Below, one piece after another: positions 20,191 to 30,666 of a DNA stretch of 64,000 bases. The notes below the pieces were generated by a model that made no database searches, was not told the origin of the DNA, and saw nothing but the letters and a program-made list of their open reading frames with translations. The DNA lies in assembly GCA_017453305.1 (NCBI GenBank), contig JAFTKJ010000006.1:16895-80894 (forward strand), in the 5' to 3' direction. Each line of letters begins with the position of its first letter. The first letter of the stretch is position 1. Made by a program: the position numbers and the translations under genes. The DNA is from Clostridia bacterium. Its GTDB lineage: Bacteria; Bacillota; Clostridia; Oscillospirales; CAG-272.

Positions 20191-20580
20191 GTGAAAAAGC
20201 TGATTGCCGTACTTTTATCTTTGATTTGTATCCTTTCCTTTGCAGGCTGTTCGCATCAAGATGCGTCCGAATATGTCGTGAAGGATGGAGATAATCCGTA
20301 TTTGATCTTGCCCGAATCCGAGGAACGTGTTTATTTTTGGCCTAATAATGGACTTGAACCGTATTTGGAGCATATTGATCTCAACATGCTGAAAAAAGCA
20401 GAGAGAGTATTAAAAGAGAAAGCGGAACCGTATGAAAAAAACGATCCTTCCTATCAGTTGGATGTAGAAGACGGCAGGTTATATCTGGTTCTTCTGGCTT
20501 ATCTTGAGCCCCATATGGGATGTGGGAATCGCCCGTTTGATGTTTTTCAAGAACCCATCTCTCGCGTTGTAAGAAATTAA
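20191..20580 (+). CDS. hypothetical lipoprotein
   Basis: AAGGAG RBS, GTG start, signal peptide with FAGC lipobox. Confidence 0.7.
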   Translation: MKKLIAVLLSLICILSFAGCSHQDASEYVVKDGDNPYLILPESEERVYFWPNNGLEPYLEHIDLNMLKKAERVLKEKAEPYEKNDPSYQLDVEDGRLYLVLLAYLEPHMGCGNRPFDVFQEPISRVVRN

Positions 20581-20658
20581 CTTTAAAATAAACAGAGCAA
20601 GCGGAAAGGATTTGGCTTACGCTTGCTCTGTTTTTATCTCGTATATTGCGGATTGGTA

Positions 20659-21411
20659 TCAGTCGATCTCTACCGTGTCATTATCGCGTGCAAAGACGAT
20701 GGGGAAGGGGTAGCCCTGCTCCTTGGCGAGTGCGGCGGTTTGTTCGATCTTTTCGGGGGGACAAAAATGGTTGATGCGCACCTGCTTTGCGCGGCAGGTG
20801 GCAAAATGGGGAGCGAGGATCTCTGGCGGAAAGTGCGCCATCTCACACACAAAAAGGTCAAGCTCACGCTCGGAGGCAACGGTGGGGAAGTCGTTCTTTT
20901 CCAAATTTTTTGAAAGATCTCCCGAAAAGAGAACCGCCTTGCCCTCTGCCTCCAAAAGGATCGCATAGCTTGGATGCGGATCGCAATGGTGCGTGGGAAT
21001 ATAGGTTGCCTTCAGCACACCGTCGTTGTAAACCTCGCCCGCGTGTGCCACGTGGGGGCGCAGGCGTTCTATGGGAAATTCTCTGCCTTCCTCCATAGCA
21101 GAAACGCAGGGCATCATGGTGTCGGCAATTACCTGCTCAGTCACGTAAAAATCAAAGTCGGTGATCATTCTGTAAAACCACGTGCACGTGTCCAAAAGCT
21201 GGAGAAGTCCCACCGTGTGGTCACTGTGACAGTGGGTGTGAAAGACCGCCTTGATGCGCGAGGGATCAATCGCATGCTGACGGATGGCGTCGGTCATAGG
21301 TGCGCCCGTATCCACAAAATAGATCCGCTCGCCCACTTCGATCATGGTACAGGAGCAATGGCGGTCGGCGTCCGGCATTCCCGCGGACGTACCCAAAAAC
21401 GTGATTTTCAT
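20659..21411 (-). CDS. MBL-fold metallo-hydrolase (RNase Z-like)
   Basis: MKITFLGTSAG, THCHSDH, FSGD, CEMAH. Confidence 0.85.
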   Translation of the reverse strand: MKITFLGTSAGMPDADRHCSCTMIEVGERIYFVDTGAPMTDAIRQHAIDPSRIKAVFHTHCHSDHTVGLLQLLDTCTWFYRMITDFDFYVTEQVIADTMMPCVSAMEEGREFPIERLRPHVAHAGEVYNDGVLKATYIPTHHCDPHPSYAILLEAEGKAVLFSGDLSKNLEKNDFPTVASERELDLFVCEMAHFPPEILAPHFATCRAKQVRINHFCPPEKIEQTAALAKEQGYPFPIVFARDNDTVEID

Positions 21412-21611
21412 ATATTTTTCCTCCGTGTTGCTTTAATTTCGCAGTTTTCCTTTTAAAAAGCAGGATTTACACAATTGTTTGCAAGATCTGCATAGAAAAG
21501 CCAATATCAATACTGTATAATATCGGCAAAGGTGCCATTTTGTGCTATACATTATACAGCAAAGATGTCGAAATGTCAAGAAAGAATTTGAACAAATTCG
21601 GTAAGAACGGT

Positions 21612-21705
21612 AATCCTTGTGTCTTTATTTATAAATTCTATGTCCGTTTTTGGATTCACATTCAAAAATGGTCAGTGTATAATTATAATATCACAAAGCT
21701 ATCAA
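21612..21705 (+). repeat. 94-bp duplicated promoter-region segment, copy 1
   Basis: Matches 38197-38290 with 3 mismatches. Confidence 0.9.
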
Positions 21706-21797
21706 TTACTTGACAAACCGTGGAGTTTTGTGCTATAATGACATTGGTTCCGTACAGAATGAAACACGCTTTGATCAAAAAGAAAAAGGAGATTTTC

Positions 21798-23870
21798 ATG
21801 GAATACATGCTTCCCAAAATCGGAAAGGCGGCAATTCCGCTTTCCCATTTTCCAACGCGCCACCAGGCGTTTATTTTCCGCGCATCCGAGTTTGTCAGCG
21901 CCGAGCGTATGGCAAACATTTTGCGCACGACCAAGGAGAACGTCATTCAAGCCGCAAATGAGATGGGCGTACCCTATCGCGCCGAGGACGACGTTTGGCT
22001 GAATAAAGGATACATTACCATTGTGCGTCAGCTCTGGCATATTTTGCCCTACGAGCAGCTTTTGGAGCTGTTGGAAATGGACGAAGCAACCTTTGCTACC
22101 ATCCTGCGCGAGGAGGATTTTTTGGATGTTAAGCTTGGCGATAAGCCCGACTGCGAGCCGGTGTATTTTCGCGCTTTGACCGAGGAAGAACAGGCACGCA
22201 CGAAAAAGATCAAGGAAATTATGTCCGCGCTTCCTGCGGCACAAACCAAATCCTTTGATTTTCAATACCGCGTGCCAAAGCTGCAATTTTCGGGCGACGA
22301 GGTCTTTCATACCCGTATGATCTACGCCTTCTCGGGGTTGTATCAAAACGCGTTTGAGGTGGATAGCCGCACGTATTTGCCCGACGAGCTTTTGGCGGCG
22401 TACCGTAACATCGGTGTGAACGCCATTTGGACGCAGGGGCTTCTTTCACAGCTGACGGAATTTCCGTGGGCACCCGAGATCTCAAACGGATGGCAAGCGC
22501 GCATCGAGCGCATGCGTGACCTGACCGACCGATTGGAAGCATACGGCATCAAGCTCTTTTTGTATCTCAACGAGCCGCGCAGCATGCCAAAAAGCTTTTA
22601 CGTCGATCACGCCGAGCTGCAGGGGCATCGGTATTCTGAGGATAAGCTCTGCCTTTGCATCTCCACGCCCGAGGTGCGTGAATATTTGACCTCCGCGGTA
22701 GAAAAGCTCTGCCGCAGTGTTCCAAAGCTTGGCGGATTTTTCACCATTACGCGCTCCGAAAACCCAACCAACTGCTACTCGCATGCCGTTCCCGAAAGCT
22801 GCACCTGCCCGCGTTGCTCCAAGCGGAGCGTTGCGGATGTCATTGCGGATACGATTGCCTGCTACCGCAACGGTGCCGACCGCGTCGATCCCAATATCAA
22901 GGTGATTGCGTGGAGTTGGCAATGGAGAGAATTTGCGGATGAGATCATTCAAAAGCTTCCAAAGGGTGTCATTCTGCAGGCACAGAGCGAATTGGACGTC
23001 CCCTTTGAAAAGGGCGGCGTCAAGGGCAGGGTGTTGGATTATTCCATGAGCAACATCGGCCCCGGGGAGCTGGCGCTTGGTCAATGGAAGCTTGCACGTG
23101 AGCGCGGCTTGGAGGTGTCTGCCAAGGTGCAGGTCAATACCTCGTGGGAGGCTTCCACCTGTCCCGCACTTCCGGTCTATCCCCTGATCGAGGAGCATAT
23201 CCGTCGCTTGAAGGAGGTTGGCGTTTCCAACATCATGCTCAGCTGGACGCTGGGCGGCTATCCCTCCCTCAGCGTGGCGCACGCGGCAAAATACTTCTAT
23301 GAGCACTGTGATTTTCCGCAGCTTTCCGACAACGTCAAGCGCGCCTCCGAGATCTTTTCCGAGGCGTTTTGCGAGTACCCGTTCCATTGCAATATGGTCT
23401 ACTGCGGACCTCACAACGCAGGTCCCTCCTCACTTCTGTTTGAAAAAAAGACCGGCTACACCGCAACCATGACCTGCTACGCCTACGACGACATTGAAAG
23501 CTGGCGCTCCATTTATCCCTTGGACGTTTGGGAGAGCCAATTTGCAAAGCTTTGCGACAAATGGAAAGAGGGATTGGCACTGCTTGAGGGGGAAGAACAA
23601 AGCGAAACCAAGATCATGGCGCAGGTTGCCTACCTGTTGTTCCGTTCCTCTTTGGATCAGATGCGCTTTTACCGCGCACGCGAGGCGGGGGATCGCGCGC
23701 AGATGCTCCTTTGTGCCGAGCAGGAGCTGAAAAGCGCCGAGGAGATGCTTTCCTTGATGCTGATTGAGCCTGCCATTGGCTTTGAGGCGGCAAACCACTA
23801 TTATTTCTCGCGCGGTCAGCTTGCAGAAAAGATTCTCAACTGCCGCTATCTGATTGAAACGTTGAAATAA
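21798..23870 (+). CDS. large hypothetical protein, possibly with a glycoside-hydrolase-like TIM barrel
   Basis: Long ORF with AAGGAG RBS; GVNAIWTQG, GIKLFLYLNEP, CTCPRC. Function uncertain. Confidence 0.6.
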   Translation: MEYMLPKIGKAAIPLSHFPTRHQAFIFRASEFVSAERMANILRTTKENVIQAANEMGVPYRAEDDVWLNKGYITIVRQLWHILPYEQLLELLEMDEATFATILREEDFLDVKLGDKPDCEPVYFRALTEEEQARTKKIKEIMSALPAAQTKSFDFQYRVPKLQFSGDEVFHTRMIYAFSGLYQNAFEVDSRTYLPDELLAAYRNIGVNAIWTQGLLSQLTEFPWAPEISNGWQARIERMRDLTDRLEAYGIKLFLYLNEPRSMPKSFYVDHAELQGHRYSEDKLCLCISTPEVREYLTSAVEKLCRSVPKLGGFFTITRSENPTNCYSHAVPESCTCPRCSKRSVADVIADTIACYRNGADRVDPNIKVIAWSWQWREFADEIIQKLPKGVILQAQSELDVPFEKGGVKGRVLDYSMSNIGPGELALGQWKLARERGLEVSAKVQVNTSWEASTCPALPVYPLIEEHIRRLKEVGVSNIMLSWTLGGYPSLSVAHAAKYFYEHCDFPQLSDNVKRASEIFSEAFCEYPFHCNMVYCGPHNAGPSSLLFEKKTGYTATMTCYAYDDIESWRSIYPLDVWESQFAKLCDKWKEGLALLEGEEQSETKIMAQVAYLLFRSSLDQMRFYRAREAGDRAQMLLCAEQELKSAEEMLSLMLIEPAIGFEAANHYYFSRGQLAEKILNCRYLIETLK

Positions 23871-23933
23871 CCGTTTGATATCGGCAACGCCCCGTTCCTG
23901 CGGAGGAGCGGGGCGTTGTCAGATGATTGTATG

Positions 23934-24785
23934 CTACGGTTGCTCCGCAACGGATGTCTCCAAAATCTCAATCAAGCGGCGCACGGGCGCTTGAGTGGGG
24001 GTGCTTTTTGGGGTACAAAGGTAGGTCGTACGCGTGTGTGACTCCAAGGGGAGGAGAGAAACGTCGCTTGAAAACTGTCCCGCCCACGAAAAAACGGGTA
24101 CAAAGCTGACACCAAGCCCCAATTCCACGCATTTGCGCAAATAGTACGGGTCGTCCGATTCAATGGCAACCCGAGGGGAAAAGCCTGCTTTACGGCAGAT
24201 CTCCTCCATCATTTTGTAATAATCACTCCCATGGCGCAGGGTAATAAAGGGCTCGTTGGCAAGCTCTGACGCAGAGATCTTTTTGCATTCCGCAAGCCGA
24301 TGCGAGCGGTGCACGGCAAGGGCAACCTGCTCGGTGAGCAGGGGCTGATGCCGATAGTCGGCAAACGTCGATAGATCGCTGGTGACGACAAGATCGTACG
24401 TTTCCGTCGTGCTGCCAAAGTGCACCGTGCACACCGTGACGTCGGGATATTCTGCTTTGAATTGCTCCATTGCCTGCATGACGATGCGGCGATTGCAGTT
24501 GACGCAAATATTCAGGCTTTTGACCGTGTTGCCGACACGGATCTGCTTTTTTGCTGTTTCCAACAGTTCAAGCGCTGCCGTTGCGCTTTCATAAAAGCGC
24601 GCGCCGTCGGCGTTGAGATACAAGCGGTTGGCACTGCGGTCAAAAAGAGGAGTGCCAAGCTCGTTTTCCAGGCGGCGAATGCTTTGCGAGATGGCAGACG
24701 GCGGAACCGTAAATTTTTCAGCAGTTTTGCTGAAATTCTGACTTTCTGCGGCTTCGCAGAAGTATTTCAGTTGCAATAATTCCAA
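23934..24785 (-). CDS. LysR-family transcriptional regulator
   Basis: N-terminal HTH (LLQLKYF...SAISQSIRRLENELGTPLFDR) and substrate-binding domain. Confidence 0.93.
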   Translation of the reverse strand: MELLQLKYFCEAAESQNFSKTAEKFTVPPSAISQSIRRLENELGTPLFDRSANRLYLNADGARFYESATAALELLETAKKQIRVGNTVKSLNICVNCNRRIVMQAMEQFKAEYPDVTVCTVHFGSTTETYDLVVTSDLSTFADYRHQPLLTEQVALAVHRSHRLAECKKISASELANEPFITLRHGSDYYKMMEEICRKAGFSPRVAIESDDPYYLRKCVELGLGVSFVPVFSWAGQFSSDVSLLPLESHTRTTYLCTPKSTPTQAPVRRLIEILETSVAEQP

Positions 24786-24962
24786 AAGATCACCTCCGTT
24801 TTTTATATTCTAACACATTTGAGCATCACTTTCAAGATGTAGTAGCAAATTATATTTCATTCTTGTGTGTTGCGGTACAAGCGAATATAATTGCGGCGTG
24901 TTGACAAAGCCGAAAAATTATGCTATAATGAAAAAAATTTAACCTACAAAAGGAGATATGCC

Positions 24963-26090
24963 ATGTGTGTGATCGCGGGTTACAGCGGAAAGAGGCGCGC
25001 GGCGCCCATTCTGATCGAAATGCTTAAAAAAATCGAATACTTTGACGGTGGGTATGCCACGGGGATCGCGACGGTCCATGAAGGGAAGATCTATTGCGCC
25101 AAGGCGATCGGTGACGTGGAAATGCTTTTGCGTACGACAAATGCACTCGATCTCCCGGGTACGACGGGAATCATCCACACGCGCCCAAACGGAGAGTTTT
25201 TTAGCGTTACGCACCCGTACTTTGATGCGCGCGGAAAGCTTGCAATGGTAGAAAACGGGGGCACGGGGGCGACCGCCTGCCCCGCACTTCACGCGGAGTT
25301 TTGCGCCGTTATGAATGAGATGCTTGACCGCGGAATCGTATCTCCCTCAAGTCGGGATCTGAATGCCAAAACGCATCAAAACTTTTTTACACGGGACGGA
25401 AAGCCCTTTTATTACATTGAGGCGTATTCCCTTTTGCTTGGAGAAATGCTGAGAAATGTACCAAAGGATTCCTTAAAAGGTGAGATCGCGCTTGCCGTAA
25501 AAAAAATGCACGAGCGCCTACCTGCCGATAACGTTACCGTGACCGTTTACGATGACCTTCCCGATACCGTCACTGTGGGAACCGTTACCCGTCCGATGTC
25601 CGTTTTGGAAGCGGACGGCGAAACCTTGATCGCCTCCTGCGCGACCGCGTTCCCGGAGGAATTACAGCATTTTCCCGTCACGCATTTGCCGGTGTGCTCC
25701 GTCTCGCAAATCACGCCGCAAGGACTTGAGATCGTTTCGGTCGGGATGGAGGGTGTTAGGAGCGAGCCTGTGACCGAGCGTGCGGTGCAGTATTACAAGG
25801 CATTTCTTGAGGCGACCTTGACCGGGAAAGAGGACGCGCCTTTGTCTCTCTATGATATCAAGCTCCCAATGGATATTTGGTCAGAGCCGATGGTTGATTG
25901 CAAATACGCGGGGACGGTGCGCCCATTGAAGCCGTTGATGTGTGCTGTTTATCAGGCGTTTTGGGAATTGCACCGTGAGGGGAGGCTGCACAGTCGCCTC
26001 GGTGTTGTTTACAGCCGTGACGTTTCTTGGCCAAACGTCGATTGCTATTTTACTAAATTTTGGATCGACGAAAAGAGGAACGAAAGATGA
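24963..26090 (+). CDS. class II (Ntn) glutamine amidotransferase-like protein
   Basis: N-terminal MCVIAGY (Cys1), GYATGIA, GIIHTRP, THPY; no SIS domains evident. Confidence 0.7.
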   Translation: MCVIAGYSGKRRAAPILIEMLKKIEYFDGGYATGIATVHEGKIYCAKAIGDVEMLLRTTNALDLPGTTGIIHTRPNGEFFSVTHPYFDARGKLAMVENGGTGATACPALHAEFCAVMNEMLDRGIVSPSSRDLNAKTHQNFFTRDGKPFYYIEAYSLLLGEMLRNVPKDSLKGEIALAVKKMHERLPADNVTVTVYDDLPDTVTVGTVTRPMSVLEADGETLIASCATAFPEELQHFPVTHLPVCSVSQITPQGLEIVSVGMEGVRSEPVTERAVQYYKAFLEATLTGKEDAPLSLYDIKLPMDIWSEPMVDCKYAGTVRPLKPLMCAVYQAFWELHREGRLHSRLGVVYSRDVSWPNVDCYFTKFWIDEKRNER

Positions 26091-26142
26091 AGTCTGCTGC
26101 AAAGGAAGACTTTTCGGACGGTGTGCTTCTGCGCTCGATGAC

Positions 26143-26315
26143 GGCAGATGGCGGAACGGTGAATTTTTCAGCGGTTTTGGTGAAATTCTGATTTTCTGCG
26201 GCTTCGCAGAAGTATTTCAGTTGTAATAATTCCAAAAGATCATCTCCGTTTTTTATATTATAGCACATCTTAGCATCACTTTCAAGTGATGGTAGAAAAA
26301 TATATTTCATTCTTG
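26143..26315 (-). pseudogene. truncated duplicate of the LysR 5' end and its upstream region
   Basis: Closely similar to about 24693-24865; encodes LELLQLKYFCEAAENQNFTKTAEKFTVPPSA, then similarity stops. Confidence 0.85.
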
Positions 26316-26417
26316 ACATGATTCTCGATTTATGATATGATGATACTGAAATGAAGCATATTCTATCATATGCACGCTTCAAAAAAGATTATCTTGCAAA
26401 AACAGGAGGAGCAAATT

Positions 26418-27311
26418 ATGAAATGGGAATTCTTGAGAGAAGAAGAATTTGAGGGCGCGATCGAGCGCTCGGGCGGTCTTTGCGTTATGACGCTGGGGTG
26501 CCTGGAAAAGCACGGTCAGCATTTGCCGGTTGGCACCGACTCCTTAAAGGGGGATCGCATTGTAGAGCTTGCCGCCGAAAGGGCAGACGTTGTGATGTTC
26601 CCGACGACAATGTGGCTGGGGGACGTTTCCTCGGCACATATTTTTGAGAACCCCTCCAAAACGAAAAAGCACGGCTTTATCGGAATGAATCCTCAAACTA
26701 TGCTTAACGTTTTAGAGGAGCTGTGCGACGAGATTGCGCGAAACGGCTTTACCAAAATCTTGATCTGTGCTTCTCACGGCGGAAACAGCTCCTTGCTTGG
26801 GCTGTTCACGCGCTCTCAGCTTTATAAGAAAAGAGACTACATCGTCATGAGCTGTAAGGCGTACGATTTTGCGGATCAATTGGATCCCAAAAACGTTTTG
26901 GAGGCGGCAAAAAAGGATCCCGAATACTTCTCGATGCTGACGGAGGAGGATCTGAAAACGCTGGAAAGATTTGCCCAAACGGGTACCGGCGGAGGGCATG
27001 CGGACTTCAAGGAAACTGCGTTGCTTTACGGCACGCATCCCGATTTGGTGGCGCCCGACCGCTTTGATGCAGAGAGCGGAATCTCTACGAACCGCTTGAC
27101 TTTTCCGCCTCAATACGGCATTTCCACGTATGCATCCTGGATCGCAAATGTGCCAAACGTCTTTAGCGGTTACGCGCCCATCGGTTGCACTCCCACCATC
27201 GGCGAGGCTTACTTAAAGCTTTCGGTTGATCGTCTTGCAGAAATTTTCACCTATCTTAAAAATAACGACGACTGTGTAGACGTGATCCGAGAGATCAAGG
27301 AAACGCAATAA
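26418..27311 (+). CDS. creatininase-family amidohydrolase, copy 1
   Basis: GCLEKHGQHLPVGTD, ASHGGN, GGHADFKET. Confidence 0.9.
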   Translation: MKWEFLREEEFEGAIERSGGLCVMTLGCLEKHGQHLPVGTDSLKGDRIVELAAERADVVMFPTTMWLGDVSSAHIFENPSKTKKHGFIGMNPQTMLNVLEELCDEIARNGFTKILICASHGGNSSLLGLFTRSQLYKKRDYIVMSCKAYDFADQLDPKNVLEAAKKDPEYFSMLTEEDLKTLERFAQTGTGGGHADFKETALLYGTHPDLVAPDRFDAESGISTNRLTFPPQYGISTYASWIANVPNVFSGYAPIGCTPTIGEAYLKLSVDRLAEIFTYLKNNDDCVDVIREIKETQ

Positions 27312-27386
27312 CACGGTTTTAAGATGTAAGGGGGCTTACTGTAAGCACGTTTCAAAGCTAATCATATTGTAAAGGAAGAACGAATT

Positions 27387-28277
27387 ATGAAATGGGAATA
27401 TTTGAGAGAAGAAGACTTTGAGGGCGCGATCGAGCGCTCGGGTGGCCTTTGCGTTATGACGCTGGGGTGCCTGGAAAAGCACGGTCAGCATTTGCCGGTT
27501 GGAACCGACTCCATCAAGGGGGATCGCATTGTAGAGCTTGCCGCAGAAAAGGCAGACGTTGTGATGTTCCCGACCACGATGTGGCTTGGCGACGTAGGTC
27601 CGGCAGATGCGTATAAGAATCCCTCTAAAACAAGAAAACACGGCTTTATTGCAATCAGCTGCCAAACTATGCTCACCGTTTTAGAGGAGCTGTGCGACCA
27701 GATCGCGCGAAACGGCTTTACCAAAATTTTGATCTGCGCGTCTCACGGTGGCAATACATCCTTGCTTGGACTTTTCTCACGTTTTCAAAGCTCCAAGGAC
27801 TATGCCGTTATGAGCTGTAAGGCGTACGATTTTACCAATCAGCTGGATCCCAAAAACGTTTTGGAGGCGGCAAAAAAGGATCCCGAATACTTCTCGATGC
27901 TGACGGAGGAGGATTTGAAAACACTGGAAAGATTTGCGCAAACGGGAACGGGCGGCGGTCACGCTGACTTTAAGGAGACTGCGTTGGTTTACGGCACGCA
28001 TCCCGATTTGGTGGCACCCGACCGCTTTGAGGCAGAGAGCGGAAGCTCTGCGAACCGCTTGAATTTTCCTCCTCAATACGGTATTTCCACGCTTTTAACG
28101 TGGTTCGCAAATTTTCCAAACGACTTTTCAGGCTACCCCTCTATCGGTTGTACTCCCACCATCGGCGAGGCCTACTTAAAGCTTTCGGTTGACCGTTTGG
28201 CAGAGATCTTTACCTATCTTAAAAATAACGACGACTGCGTAGACGTGATCCGAGAGCTCAAGCAGAAGAGGCAGTAA
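27387..28277 (+). CDS. creatininase-family amidohydrolase, copy 2
   Basis: Same motifs; tandem paralogue. Confidence 0.9.
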   Translation: MKWEYLREEDFEGAIERSGGLCVMTLGCLEKHGQHLPVGTDSIKGDRIVELAAEKADVVMFPTTMWLGDVGPADAYKNPSKTRKHGFIAISCQTMLTVLEELCDQIARNGFTKILICASHGGNTSLLGLFSRFQSSKDYAVMSCKAYDFTNQLDPKNVLEAAKKDPEYFSMLTEEDLKTLERFAQTGTGGGHADFKETALVYGTHPDLVAPDRFEAESGSSANRLNFPPQYGISTLLTWFANFPNDFSGYPSIGCTPTIGEAYLKLSVDRLAEIFTYLKNNDDCVDVIRELKQKRQ

Positions 28278-28345
28278 CACGATTATAAATTTCAAAATAG
28301 AAGGCAAATGCGGAATGACGCTGTTTGCCATACGGAGGAAAATGT

Positions 28346-29530
28346 ATGAATACGGAATTGACGCTGCTTGCCGAGCGGCTTGGTGTTACGGAGTATCCGG
28401 AGGAACTTGAGCCGATCTATGCAAGCCTTTGCCAAAAAGCGCCGCTTTGCGGAATCACCGAAACCATAGAACAACTTCACTTGGAGTATGCCCCCTTTGG
28501 TAGCTACTATGATTTTGTTTTGCGTGGCACACGGGCGCTCTTAAACGACAAGGATCTGCTTGCATGGCTGACGCTTGGCGTTACTTATTGTACGGAAGCA
28601 AGTGAAAAGGATGCCGCACGTTTTCCGATCCCTGCGGGGGACGGAAGTGAGGCAAGAGATGTTTTTCCCATTCTTCTGGTTGCTTTGGAATTCCCGGAAA
28701 CCGTAATCCGCCATCGTGCGCGCGGATTTGACGAGGCACAGATCAAAAAGAATCTTGGCAATCTTGGCGAAAATATTCGCGTTCATGATCTGACGCAAGG
28801 CAGACCATCGATCAGCCAAGGCTTATACACGTGGTTGACACACTATACCAAGGCGCGCATTTTTGATCACATGGGATTCAATTTTCAAGCTTCCAATTGG
28901 GGCGATGAGGCGATGATGATTCGCAATCGCCAAAGCGGAGAATCCGTCTTTTTGATGCTCGGGGGGAACTTTACCGCAAACGGAACGTTGGTGGGACTGC
29001 GCGGCGCCGAGGACGTACCCGCCTTTTTTGAGGCAACGTTTGAGGAAACGGAGGATGCCTTTATCGGATACCGTGCCGTTGGGCAGCGCGTTTGCACCGA
29101 GCGCGAGTGCTTTTCAAAAAAAGAATGGGAGGCAATTTTGCGCCCGGGGGATGACGTCATCAAATTCCATATTCCGCGCGGCGCAAATTTTGATCCCGCA
29201 CATGTGGATGAAAGTATGGAGCAGGGATGGGCTCTTTGCAAGAAATACTATCCCGAATGCGATTTTCGAAAGATTGTTTGCACCTCGTGGATGCTTGATC
29301 CAAAGCTTTTGGACATTCTTCCCGAGCATGCAAAGATTGCGCAGTTCATTCGTAGATTTATCCTGTTTCCCTCGAGAGATACCGCAGGGAATGCCTGCAT
29401 GAGCTATGTTTGGCCCGGGGAAACCTGTCCCACCGAGGAGCTTCCCGAAAACACCTCTCTGCAACGCGGTATCAAGCGCATGATGTTGGAAAACTCGTAC
29501 ATCTTTTGGACCTCCGGCGCTTGGAAATAA
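28346..29530 (+). CDS. acyltransferase-domain (DUF5596 / GNAT-like) protein
   Basis: HIPRG, CTSWMLDP, LPENTSLQR motifs. Confidence 0.7.
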   Translation: MNTELTLLAERLGVTEYPEELEPIYASLCQKAPLCGITETIEQLHLEYAPFGSYYDFVLRGTRALLNDKDLLAWLTLGVTYCTEASEKDAARFPIPAGDGSEARDVFPILLVALEFPETVIRHRARGFDEAQIKKNLGNLGENIRVHDLTQGRPSISQGLYTWLTHYTKARIFDHMGFNFQASNWGDEAMMIRNRQSGESVFLMLGGNFTANGTLVGLRGAEDVPAFFEATFEETEDAFIGYRAVGQRVCTERECFSKKEWEAILRPGDDVIKFHIPRGANFDPAHVDESMEQGWALCKKYYPECDFRKIVCTSWMLDPKLLDILPEHAKIAQFIRRFILFPSRDTAGNACMSYVWPGETCPTEELPENTSLQRGIKRMMLENSYIFWTSGAWK

Positions 29531-29558
29531 AAAAGAACTGATTCCAAAAAAGAAAGGA

Positions 29559-29864
29559 ATGATTGTTTTGAGTGAAATTCTTGAAATTCTGATGGTTGTC
29601 AGCTTTGGCGCATCCTGGCCCTTTAACGTGGTCAAATCGTTTCGGGCGAGAACCACAAAAGGGAAGAGCCTGCTCTTCCTTTGCCTGATTCTGTTCGGCT
29701 ACGTTGCGGGCATCATTTCCAAGCTGGTCAACGAATCTTACATGGCGTCCTTTGCCTCCAAATGGTACGTGCTCTTTTTCTACGTGCTCAATTTTATCAT
29801 GGTGGGCGCCGATCTGATCCTTTACGTCAGAAACTACAAGCTGGATAGGGAGCGTGAAAAATAA
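29559..29864 (+). CDS. PQ-loop / SemiSWEET-like 3-TM membrane protein
   Basis: FGASWPFNVVKSFRARTTKGKS, three TM helices. Confidence 0.7.
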   Translation: MIVLSEILEILMVVSFGASWPFNVVKSFRARTTKGKSLLFLCLILFGYVAGIISKLVNESYMASFASKWYVLFFYVLNFIMVGADLILYVRNYKLDREREK

Positions 29865-30613
29865 TGCTTTACGCCGATCTTGCTTACGGTAAAAACGATG
29901 CACAGCGGCTGGATCTGTATCTTCCGGAAACATCTGCCACAGCGATGATGGTCTATTTTCACGGCGGTGGATTGAACGCGGGAGATAAGGACGGCTCTAA
30001 ATACTTTGCCCCCTATCTTGCAGAACGTGGGATTGCGGTTGCCACGGCAAATTACCGCATGTATCCCGATGCGCGCTTTCCCGATTTTGTGGAGGATGCC
30101 GCGGCGGCGGTTGCTTGGGCGCGAGATTATATGCGTACGCATCTTGGGTGCGATAGACTGTACGTTGGTGGAAGCTCCGCGGGCGGGTATCTTTCGATGA
30201 TGCTCTGCTTTGACAAGCGATATTTGGAGCAGGCAGGCGTTGCGCCGACTGAGGTCAGCGGATATTTTCACGATGCGGGACAGCCTACCGCACATTTTAA
30301 CGTTTTGCGCGAGCGCGGCGTGGACTCTCGCCGTGTGATCGTGGATGAAACGGCACCGCTGTATTACATTGGCTTGGAGGAATCCTATTCTCCCATGCGA
30401 TTTATCGTTTCGGATCAGGATGTGCACGGTAGGTACGAGCAGACCATGCTGGTCCTCTCGGCGCTTTCTCACTTCCAATATACGGGCTTTGATCACGTAG
30501 TTGTGCACGGGAAGCATTGCGCCTATTGGAATCAAAGCGATGAGAATGGCGAGAGCCGACTCGGGCGCATGATCCTTGATTTTATTCAACACGTTGAACA
30601 TTTACCAAAATAA
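29864..30613 (+). CDS. alpha/beta hydrolase (esterase)
   Basis: YFHGGG, ANYRM, GSSAGG nucleophile elbow. Confidence 0.88.
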   Translation: MLYADLAYGKNDAQRLDLYLPETSATAMMVYFHGGGLNAGDKDGSKYFAPYLAERGIAVATANYRMYPDARFPDFVEDAAAAVAWARDYMRTHLGCDRLYVGGSSAGGYLSMMLCFDKRYLEQAGVAPTEVSGYFHDAGQPTAHFNVLRERGVDSRRVIVDETAPLYYIGLEESYSPMRFIVSDQDVHGRYEQTMLVLSALSHFQYTGFDHVVVHGKHCAYWNQSDENGESRLGRMILDFIQHVEHLPK

Positions 30614-30625
30614 AACACCAATGCA

Positions 30626-30658
30626 ACCGCCCCGTTCCAAATGTAGGAACGGGGCGGT
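30626..30658. terminator. hairpin between convergent genes; same stem recurs at 40812-40843
   Basis: ACCGCCCCGTTCC...GGAACGGGGCGGT. Confidence 0.7.
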
Positions 30659-30666
30659 GTGTATTT

